This document shows, in pieces, positions 49,101 through 61,100 of a DNA stretch of 64,000 nucleotides. The position numbers were made by a program, and so were the translations under genes. Origin of the DNA: Raillietiella orientalis (Eukaryota); NCBI GenBank assembly GCA_036172245.1, contig JAYWIR010000084.1:248001-312000 (forward strand), read 5' to 3'. Position 1 is the stretch's first letter; the number at the start of each line of letters is the position of its first letter. The notes under the pieces were generated by a model. The model was not told where the DNA came from, searched no databases, and saw only the letters and a program-made list of their open reading frames with translations.

Positions 49101-52100
49101 TTATCACATCCCCACTTCCTCGGAATCCCTTGCTCCAAGGGAAGAAATCATAGGAGAACCGAACTAATTTCAAGATGGCAGGATTGGTGTTAGTCTGGTT
49201 TTCATGGCAACCTTTTTTGCAATGGACAGATGAAGTTTTTTACCCTCCATCTTCCTTTTTCAGTGCAAATTTGCAGTGTCTGCTGATATCTAATCAATTT
49301 CTATAATGTCGATTACATCTTCAAGCTCCTTCCGAGCATCCGAACGGATTCCTTTCCCCGTGGATGCAACGGCACCTTTATCACATCCCCGCTTCCTCGG
49401 AATCCCTTGCTCCACGAGAAGAAATCATAGGAGAACCGAACTAATTTCAAGAGTGCAGGATTGGTGTTAGTCTGGTTTTCATGGCAACCTTTTTTGCAAT
49501 GGACAGATAAAGTTTTCTTCCCTCCATCTTCCTTTTTTCAGTGCAAATTTGCAGTGTCTGGTGATTTCAAGACAATTTCTATAATGTCTATTACATCGTT
49601 CGGCTCCTTCCGAGCATCCGAACGGATTCCTTTCCCCATGGATGCAAAGGCACCTTTATCACATCAACACTTCCTCCGAATTTCTTGCTCCGCGAGAAGA
49701 AATCATAGGATAACCGAACTAATTTCAAGAGTGCAGGATTGGTGTTAGTCTGGTTTTCATGGCAACTTTTTTTGCAATGGAGAGATGAAGTTTTTTACCC
49801 TCCATCTTCCTTTTTTCAGTGCAAATTTGCAGTGTCTGCTGATATCTAATAATTTCTATAATGTCGATTACATCTTTAAGCTCCTTCCGAGCATCCGAAC
49901 GGATTCCTTTCCCCGTGGATGCAAAGGCACCTTTATCACATCCCCACTTCCTCCGAATCTCTTGCTCCACGAGAAGAAATCATAGGAGAACCGAACTAAT
50001 TTCAAGATGGCAGGATTGGTGTTAGTCTGGTTTTCATGGCAACCATTTTTGCAATGGACAGATGAAGTTTTTTACCCTCCATCTTCCTTTTTTCAGTGCA
50101 AATTTGCAGTGTCTGCTGATATCTAATCAATTTCTATAATGTCGATTACATCTTTAAGCTCCTTCCGAGCATCCGAACGGATTCCTTTCCCCGTGGATGC
50201 AACGGCACCTTTATCACATCCCCACTTCCTCGGAATCCCTTGCTCCAAGGGAAGAAATCATAGGAGAACCGAACTAATTTCAAGATGGCAGGATTGGTGT
50301 TAGTCTGGTTTTCATGGCAACCATTTTTGCAATGGACAGATGAAGTTTTTACCCTCCATCTTCCTTTTTTCAGTGCAAATTTGCAGTGTCTGCTGATATC
50401 TAATCAATTTCTATAATGTCGATTACATCTTTAAGCTCCTTCCGAGCATCCGAACGGATTCCTTTCCCCATGGATGCAAAGGCACCTTTATCACATCCCC
50501 ACTTCCTCGGAATCCCTTGCTCCAAGGGAAGAAATCATAGGAGAACCGAACTAATTTCAAGATGGCAGGATTGGTGTTAGTCTGGTTTTCATGGCAACCA
50601 TTTTTGCAATGGACAGATGAAGTTTTTTACCCTCCATCTTCCTTTTTCAGTGCAAATTTGCAGTGTCTGCTGATATCTAATCAATTTCTATAATGTCGAT
50701 TACATCTTTAAGCTCCTTCCGAGCATCCGAACGGATTCCTTTCCCCGTGGATGCAACGGCACCTTTATCACATCCCCACTTCCTCGGAATCCCTTGCTCC
50801 AAGGGAAGAAATCATAGGAGAACCGAACTAATTTCAAGATGGCAGGATTGGTGTTAGTCTGGTTTTCATGGCAACCATTTTTGCAATGGAGAGATGAAGT
50901 TTTCTTCCCTCCATCTTCCTTTTTTCAGTGCAAATTTGCAGTGTCTGGTGATTTCAAGACAATTTCTATAATGTCTATTACATCGTTCGGCTCCTTCCTA
51001 GCATCCGAACGGATTCCTTTCCCCATGGATGCAAAGGCACCTTTATCACATCCCCACTTCTTCCGAATCTCTTGCTCCACGTGAAGAAATCATAGGAAAA
51101 CCGAACTAATTGCAAGATGGCAGGATTGGTGTTAGTCTGGTTTTCATGGCAACCATTTTTGCAAAGGACCGATGGAGTTTTTTTCTGTCCATCTTCCTAT
51201 TTTCAGTGGAAATTTGCAGTGTCTGCTGATATCTATTCAATTTCTATAATGTCTATTACATCGTTCGGCTCCTTCCGAGCATCCGAACGGATTCCTTTCC
51301 CCATGTATGCAAAGGCACCTTTATCACATCCCCACTTTCTCGGAATCCCTTGCTCCAAGGGAAGCAATCATAGGAGAACCGAACTAATATCAAGATGGCA
51401 GGATTGGTGGTAGTCCGGTTTTCTTGGCAACCATTTTTGCAATGGACAGATGAAGTTTTTTCGTCTCCATCTTCCTGATTTCAGTGCAAATTTGCCGTGT
51501 CTGCTGATATCTAATCAATTTCTATAATGTCGATTACATCTTTAAGCTCCTTCCGAGCATCCGAACGGATTCCTTTCCCCGTGGATGCAACGGCACCTTT
51601 ATCACATCCCCGCTTCCTCGGAATCCCTTGCTCCAAGGGAAGAAATCATAGGAGAACCGAACTAATTTCAAGATGGCAGGATTGGTGTTAGTCTGGTTTT
51701 CATGGCAACCATTTTTGCAATGGAGAGATGAAGTTTTCTTCCCTCCATCTTTCTTATTTCAGTGCAAATTTGCAGTGTCTGGTGATTTCAAGAAAATTTC
51801 TATAATGTCTATTACATCGTTCGGCACCTTCCGAGCATCCGAACGGATTCCTTTCCCCATGGATGCAAAGGCACCTTTATCACATCCCCACTTCCTCCGA
51901 ATCTCTTGCTCCACGTGAAGAAATCATAGGAGAACCGAACTAATTTCAAGATGGCAGGATTGGTGTTAGTCTGGTTTTCATGGCAACCATTTTTGCAATG
52001 GACAGATGAAGTTTTTTACCCTCCATCTTCCTTTTTTCAGTGCAAATTTGCAGTGTCTGCTGATATCTAATTAATTTCTATAATGTCGATTACATCTTTA

Positions 52101-55100
52101 ACCTCCTTTTGAGCATCCGAACGGATTCCTTTCCCCATGAATGCAAAGGCACCTTTATCACATCCCCACTTCCTCGGAATCCCTTGCTCCAAGGGAAGAA
52201 ATCATAGGAGAACCGAACTAATTTCAAGATGGCAGGATTTGTGTTAGTCTGGTTTTCATGGCAACCTTTTTTGCAATGGACAGATGAAGTTTTTTACCCT
52301 CCATCTTCCTTTTTCAGTGCAAATTTGCAGTGTCTGGTGATTTCAAGACAATTTCTATAATGTCTATTGCATCGTTCGGCTCCTTCCGAGCATCCGAACG
52401 GATTCCTTTCCCCGTGGATGCAACGGAACCTTTATCACATCCCCACTTCCTCGGAATCCCTTGCTCCAAGGGAAGAAATCATAGGAGAACCGAACTAATT
52501 TCAAGATGGCAGGATTGGTGTTAGTCTGGTTTTCATGGCAACCATTTTTGCAATGGACAGATGAAGTTTTTTACCCTCCATCTTCCTTTTTTCAGTGCAA
52601 ATTTGCAGTGTCTGCTGATATCTAATCAATTTCTAAAATGTCGATTACATCTTTAAGCTCCTTCCGAGCATCCGAACGGATTCCTTTCCCCGTGGATGCA
52701 ACGGAACCTTTATCACATCCCCACTTCCTCGGAATCCCTTGCTCCAAGGGAAGAAATCATAGGAGAACCGAACTAATTTCAAGATGGCAGGATTGGTGTT
52801 AGTCTGGTTTTCATGGCAACCATTTTTGCAATGGAGAGATGAAGGTTTTTACCCTCCATCTTCCTTTTTTCAGTGCAAATTTGCAGTGTCTGGTGATATC
52901 TAATCAATTTCTATAATGTCGATTACATCTTTATGCTCCTCCCGAGCATTCGAACGGATTCCTTTCCCCGTGGATGCAACGGAACCTTTATCACATCCCC
53001 ACTTCCTAGGAATCCCTTGCTCCAAGGGAAGAAATCATAGGAGAACCGAACTAATTTCAAGATGGCAGGATTGGTGTTAGTCTGGTTTTCATGGCAACCA
53101 TTTTTGCAATGGAGAGATGAAGTTTTCTTCCCTCCATCTTTCTTATTTCAGTGCAAATTTGCAGTGTCTGGTGATTTCAAGAAAATTTCTATAATGTCTA
53201 TTACATCGTTCGGCACCTTCCGAGCATCCGAACGGATTCCTTTCCCCATGTATGCAAAAACACCTTTATCACATCCCCACTTCCTCCGAATCTCTTGCTC
53301 CACGTGAAGAAATCATACGAGAACCGAACTAATTGCAAGATGGCAGGACAGGTGTTAGTCTGGTTCTCATGGCAATCATTTTTGCAAAGGACAGATGAAG
53401 TATTTTTCCCTCCATCTTCCTGATTTCAGTGGAAATTTGCAGTGTCTGCTGATATCTAATCAATTTCTATAATGTCGATTACATCTTTAAGCTCCTTCCG
53501 AGCATCCGAACGGATTCCTTTCCCCGTGGATGCAACGGCACCTTTATCACATCCCCACTTCCTCGGAATCCCTTGCTCCAAGGGAAGAAATCATAGGAGA
53601 ACCGAACTAATTTCAAGATGGCAGGATTTGTGTTAGTCTGGTTTTCATGGCAACCATTTTTGCAATGGACAGATGAAGTTTTTTACCCTCCATCTTCCTT
53701 TTTCAGTGCAAATTTGCAGTGTCTGGTGATTTCAAGACAATTTCTATAATGTCTATTGCATCGTTCGGCTCCTTCCGAGCATCCGAACGGATTCCTTTCC
53801 CCGTGGATGCAACGGAACCTTCATCACATCCCCACTTCCTCGGAATCCCTTGCTCCAAGGGAAGAAATCATAGGAGAACCGAACTAATTTCAAGATGGCA
53901 GGATTGGTGTTAGTCTGGTTTTCATGGCAACCATTTTTGCAATGGACAGATGAAGTTTTTTACCCTCCATCTTCCTTTTTTCAGTGCAAATTTGCAGTGT
54001 CTGCTGATATCTAATTAATTTCTATAATGTCGATTACATCTTTAACCTCCTTTTGAGCATCCGAACGGATTCCTTTCCCCATGGATGCAAAGGCACCTTT
54101 ATCACATCCCCGCTTCCTCGGAATCCCTTGCTCCAAGGGAAGAAATCATAGGAGAACCGAACTAATTTCAAGATGGCAGGATTGGTGTTAGTCTGGTTTT
54201 CATGGCAACTATTTTTGCAATGGAGAGATGAAGTTTTTTACCCTCCATCTTCCTTTTTTCAGTGCAAATTTGCAGTGTCTGCTGATATCTAATAATTTCT
54301 ATAATGTCGATTACATCTTTAAGCTCCTTCCGAGCATCCGAACGGATTCCTTTCCCCGTGGATGCAACGGCACCTTTATCACATCCCCGCTTCCTCGGAA
54401 TCCCTTGCTCCAAGGGAAGAAATCATAGGAGAACCGAACTAATTTCAAGATGGCAGGATTGGTGTTAGTCTGGTTTTCATGGCAACCATTTTTGCAATGG
54501 AGAGATGAAGTTTTCTTCCCTCCATCTTTCTTATTTCAGTGCAAATTTGCAGTGTCTGGTGATTTCAAGAAAATTTCTATAATGTCTATTACATCGTTCG
54601 GCACCTTCCGAGCATCCGAACGGATTCCTTTCCCCATGTATGCAAAAACACCTTTATCACATCCCCACTTCCTCCGAATCTCTTGCTCCACGTGAAGAAA
54701 TCATACGAGAACCGAACTAATTGCAAGATGGCAGGACAGGTGTTAGTCTGGTTCTCATGGCAATCATTTTTGCAATGGACAGATGAAGTTTTTTTCCCTC
54801 CATCTTCCTTTTTTCAGTGCAAATTTGCAGTGTCTGGTGATTTCAAGACAATTTCTATAATGTCTATTACATCGTTCGGCTCCTTCCGAGCATCCGAACG
54901 GATTCCTTTCCCCATGGATGCAAAGGCACCTTTATCACATCCCCACTTCCTCGGAATCCCTTGCTCCGCAAGAAGAAATCATAGGATAACCGAACTAATT
55001 TCATGAGTGCAGGATTGGTGTTAGTCTGGTTTTCATGGCAACCATTTTTGCAATGGACAGATGAAGTTTTCTTCCCTCCATCTTCCTTTTTTCAGTGCAA

Positions 55101-58100
55101 ATTTGCAGTGTCTGGTGATTTCAAGACAATTTCTATAATGTCTATTACATCGTTGGGCTCCTTTCGAGCAACCGAACGGATTCCTTTCCCCATGGATGCA
55201 AAGGCACCTTTATCACATCCCCACTTCCTCCGAATTTCTTGCTCCGCGAGAAGAAATCATAGGATAACCGAACTAATTTCAAGAGTGCAGGATTGGTGTT
55301 AGTCTGGTTTTCATGGCAACCTTTTTTGCAATGGAGAGATGAAGTTTTTTACCCTCCATGTTCCTTTTTTCAGTGCAAATTTGCTGTGTCTGCTGATATC
55401 TAATAATTTCTATAATGTCGATTACATCTTTAAGCTCCTTCCGAGCATCTGAACGGATTCCTTTCCCCGTGGATGCAAAGGCACCTTTATCACATCCCCA
55501 CTTCCTCCGAAACTTTAGCTCCACGAGAAGAAATCATAGGAGAACCGAAATAATTTCAAGATGGCAGGATTGCTGTTAGTCTGGTTTTCATGGCAACCTT
55601 TTTTGCAATGGACCGACAAAGTTTTCTTCCCTTCGATCTTCCTTTTTTCAGTGCAAATTTGCAGTGTCTGCTGATATCTAATCAATTTCTATAATGTCGA
55701 TTACATCTTCAAGCTCCTTCCGAGCATCCGAACGGATTCCTTTCCCCGTGGATGCAAAGGCACCTTTATCACATCCCCACTTCTTCCGAAACTTTAGCTC
55801 CACGAGAAGAAATCATAGGAGAACCGAACTAATTTCAAGATGGCAGGATTGGTGTTAGTCCGGTTTTCATGGCAACCATTTTTGCAATGGACAGATGAAG
55901 TTTTTACCCTCCATCTTCCTTTTTTGAGTGCAAATTTGCAGTGTCTGCTGATATCTAATCAATTTCTATAATGTCTATTACATCTTTAAGCACCTTCCGA
56001 GCATCCGAACGGATTCCTTTCCCCATGGATGCAAAGGCACCTTTATCACATCAACACTTCCTCCGAATTTCTTGCTCCGCGAGAAGAAATCATAGGATAA
56101 CCGAACTAATTTCAAGAGTGCAGGATTGGTGTTAGTCTGGTTTTCATGGCAACCTTTTTTGCAATGGACAGATGAAGTTTTTTACCCTCCATCTTCCTTT
56201 TTCAGTGCAAATTTGCAGTGTCTGCTGATATCTAATCAATTTCTATAATGTCGATTACATCTTTAAGCTCCTTCCGAGCATCCGAACGGATTCCTTTCCC
56301 CGTGGATGCAACGGCACCTTTATCACATCCCCGCTTCCTCGGAATCCCTTGCTCCAAGGGAAGAAATCATAGGAGAACCGAACTAATTTCAAGATGGCAG
56401 GATTGGTGTTAGTCTGGTTTTCATGGCAACCATTTTTGCAATGAAGAGATGTAGTTTTTTACCCTGCATCTTCCTTTTTTCAGTGCAAATTTGCAGTGTC
56501 TGGTGATTTCAAGAAAATTTCTATAATGTCTATTACATCGTTCGGCTCCTTCCGAGCATCCGAACGGATTCCTTTCCCCATGTATGCAAAGGCACCTTTA
56601 TCACATCCCCACTTCCTCGGAATCCCTTGCTCCAAGGGAAGAAATCATAGGAGAACCGAACTAATTTCAAGATGGCAGGATTGGTGTTAGTCTGGTTTTC
56701 ATGGCAACCATTTTTGCAATGGACAGATGAAGTTTTTTACCCTCCATCTTCCTTTTTTCAGTGCAAATTTGCAGTGTCTGCTGATATCTAATTAATTTCT
56801 ATAATGTCGATTACATCTTTAACCTCCTTTTGAGCATCCGAACGGATTCCTTTCCCCATGGATGCAAAGGCACCTTTATCACATCCCCGCTTCCTCGGAA
56901 TCCCTTGCTCCAAGGGAAGAAATCATTTTAGAACCGAACTAATTTCAAGATGGCAGGATTGGTGTTAGTCTGGTTTTCATGGCAACCATTTTTGCAATGA
57001 AGAGATGTAGTTTTTTACCCTGCATCTTCCTTTTTTCAGTGCAAATTTGCAGAGTCTGGTGATTTCAAGAAAATTTCTATAATGTCTATTACATCGTTCG
57101 GCTCCTTCCGAGCATCCGAACGTATTCCTTTCCCCATGGATGCAAAGGCACCTTTATCACATCCCCACTTCCTCCGAATCTCTTGCTCCACGTGAAGAAA
57201 TCATAGGAGAACCGAACTAATTGCAACATGGCAGGACAGGTGTTAGTCTGGTTTTCATGGCAACTATTTTTGCAATGGAGAGATGAAGTTTTTTACCCTC
57301 CATCTTCCTTTTTTCAGTGCAAATTTGCAGTGTCTGCTGATATCTAATAATTTCTATAATGTCGATTACATCTTTAAGCTCCTTCCGAGCATCCGAACGG
57401 ATTCCTTTCCCCGTGGATGCAACGGCACCTTTATCACATCCCCGCTTCCTCGGAATCCCTTGCTCCAAGGGAAGAAATCATAGGAGAACCGAACTAATTT
57501 CAAGATGGCAGGATTGGTGTTAGTCTGGTTTTCATGGCAACCATTTTTGCAATGGAGAGATGAAGTTTTTTCCCTCCATCTTCCTTTTTTCAGTGCAAAT
57601 TTGCAGTGTCTGGTGATTTCAAGACAATTTCTATAATGTCTATTACATCGTTCGGCTCCTTCCGAGCATCCGAACGGATTCCTTTCCCCATGGATGCAAA
57701 GGCACCTTTATCACATCCCCACTTCCTGCGAATCTCTTGCTCCACGTGAAGAAATCATAGGAGAACCGAACTAATTGCAAGATGGCAGGACAGGTGTTAG
57801 TCTGGTTTTCATGGCAACCATTTTTGCAATGGAGAGATGAAGTTTTCTTCCCTCCATCTTCCTTTTTTCAGTGCAAATTTGCAGTGTCTGGTGATTTCAA
57901 GACAATTTCTATAATGTCTATTACATCGTTCGGCTCCTTCCGAGCATCCGAACGGATTCCTTTCCCCATGGATGCAAAGGCACCTTTATCACATCCCCAC
58001 TTCCTCGGAATCCCTTGCTCCCAAGAAGAAATCATAGGAGAACCGAACTAATTTCAAGATGGCAGGATTGGTGTTAGTCTGGTTTTCATGGCAACCATTT

Positions 58101-61100
58101 TTGCAATGGAGAGATGAAGTTTTCTTCCCTCCATCTTCCTTTTTTCAGTGCAAATTTGCAGTGTCTGGTGATTTCAAGACAATTTCTATAATGTCTATTA
58201 CATCGTTCGGCTCCTTCCGAGCATCCGAACGGATTCCTTTCCCCGTGGATGCAAAGGCACCTTTATCACATCCCCACTTCCTCCGAATCTCTTGCTCCAC
58301 GAGAAGAAATCATAGGAGAACCGAACTAATTTCAAGATGGCAGGATTGGTGTTAGTCTGGTTTTCATGGCAACCATTTTTGCAATGGACAGATGAAGTTT
58401 TTACCCTCCATCTTCCTTTTTTCAGTGCAAATTTGCAGTGTCTGCTGATATCTAATCAATTTCTATAATGTCGATTACATCTTTAAGCTCCTTCCGAGCA
58501 TCCGAACGGATTCCTTTCCCCGTGGATGCAACGGCACCTTTATCACATCCCCGCTTCCTCGGAATCCCTTGCTCCAAGGGAAGAAATCATAGGAGAACCG
58601 AACTAATTTCAAGATGGCAGGATTGGTGTTAGTCTGGTTTTCATGGCAACCTTTTTTGCAATGGACAGATGAAGTTTTTTACCCTCCATCTTCCTTTTTC
58701 AGTGCAAATTTGCAGTGTCTGCTGATATCTAATCAATTTCTAAAATGTCGATTACATCTTTAAGCTCCTTCCGAGCATCCGAACGGATTCCTTTCCCCGT
58801 GGATGCAACGGAACCTTTATCACATCCCCACTTCCTCGGAATCCCTTGCTCCAAGGGAAGAAATCATAGGAGAACCGAACTAATTTCAAGATGGCAGGAT
58901 TGGTGTTAGTCTGGTTTTCATGGCAACCTTTTTTGCAATGGACAGATGAAGTTTTTTACCCTCCATCTTCCTTTTTCAGTGCAAATTTGCAGTGTCTGGT
59001 GATTTCAAGACAATTTCTATAATGTCTATTGCATCGTTCGGCTCCTTCCGAGCATCCGAACGGATTCCTTTCCCCGTGGATGCAACGGAACCTTTATCAC
59101 ATCCCCACTTCCTAGGAATCCCTTGCTCCAAGGGAAGAAATCATAGGAGAACCGAACTAATTTCAAGATGGCAGGATTGGTGTTAGTCTGGTTTTCATGG
59201 CAACCATTTTTGCAATGGACAGATGAAGTTTTTTACCCTCCATCTTCCTTTTTCAGTGCAAATTTGCAGTGTCTGGTGATTTCAAGACAATTTCTATAAT
59301 GTCTAGCAGGATTGGTGTTAGTCTGGTTTTCATGGCAACCTTTTTTGCAATGGACAGATGAAGTTTTTTACCTTCCATCTTCCTTTTTCAGTGCAAATTT
59401 GCAGTGTCTGGTGATTTCAAGACAATTTCTATAATGTCTATTGCATCGTTCGGCTCCTTCCGAGCATCCGAACGGATTCCTTTCCCCGTGGATGCAACGG
59501 AACCTTCATCACATCCCCACTTCCTCGGAATCCCTTGCTCCAAGGGAAGAAATCATAGGAGAACCGAACTAATTTCAAGATGGCAGGATTGGTGTTAGTC
59601 TGGTTTTCATGGCAACCATTTTTGCAATGGACAGATGAAGTTTTTTACCCTCCATCTTCCTTTTTTCAGTGCAAATTTGCAGTGTCTGCTGATATCTAAT
59701 TAATTTCTATAATGTCGATTACATTTTTAACCTCCTTTTGAGCATCCGAACGGATTCCTTTCCCCATGGATGCAAAGGCACCTTTATCACATCCCCGCTT
59801 CCTCGGAATCCCTTGCTCCAAGGGAAGAAATCATTTTAGAACCGAACTAATTTCAAGATGGCAGGATTGGTGTTAGTCTGGTTTTCATGGCAACCATTTT
59901 TGCAATGAAGAGATGTAGTTTTTTACCCTGTCTTCCTTTTTTCAGTGCAAATTTGCAGTGTCTGGTGATATCAAGAAAATTTCTATAATGTCTATTACAT
60001 CGTTCGGCTCCTTCCGAGCATCCGAACGGATTCCTTTCCCCATGGATGCAAAGGCACCTTTATCACATCCCCACTTCCTCGGAATCTTGCTCCAAGGGAA
60101 GAAATCATAGGAGAACCGAACTAATTTCAAGATGGCAGGATTGGTGTTAGTCTGGTTTTCATGGCAACCATTTTTGCAATGGAGAGATGAAGTTTTTTAC
60201 CCTCCATCTTCCTTTTTCAGTGCAAATTTGCAGTGTCTGGTGATTTCAAGACAATTTCTATAATGTCTATTGCATCGTTCGGCTCCTTCCGAGCATCCGA
60301 ACGGATTCCTTTCCCCGTGGATGCAACGGAACCTTCATCACATCCCCACTTCCTCGGAATCCCTTGCTCCAAGGGAAGAAATCATAGGAGAACCGAACTA
60401 ATTTCAAGATGGCAGGATTGGTGTTAGTCTGGTTTTCATGGCAACCATTTTTGCAATGGACAGATGAAGTTTTTTACCCTCCATCTTCCTTTTTTCAGTG
60501 CAAATTTGCAGTGTCTGCTGATATCTAATTAATTTCTATAATGTCGATTACATTTTTAACCTCCTTTTGAGCATCCGAACGGATTCCTTTCCCCATGGAT
60601 GCAAAGGCACCTTTATCACATCCCCGCTTCCTCGGAATCCCTTGCTCCAAGGGAAGAAATCATTTTAGAACCGAACTAATTTCAAGATGGCAGGATTGGT
60701 GTTAGTCTGGTTTTCATGGCAACCATTTTTGCAATGAAGAGATGTAGTTTTTTACCCTGCATCTTCCTTTTTTCAGTGCAAATTTGCAGAGTCTGGTGAT
60801 TTCAAGAAAATTTCTATAATGTCTATTACATCGTTCGGCTCCTTCCGAGCATCCGAACGTATTCCTTTCCCCATGGATGCAAAGGCACCTTTATCACATC
60901 CCCACTTCCTCCGAATCTCTTGCTCCACGTGAAGAAATCATAGGAGAACCGAACTAATTGCAACATGGCAGGACAGGTGTTAGTCTGGTTTTCATGGCAA
61001 CTATTTTTGCAATGGAGAGATGAAGTTTTTTACCCTCCATCTTCCTTTTTTCAGTGCAAATTTGCAGTGTCTGCTGATATCTAATAATTTCTATAATGTC

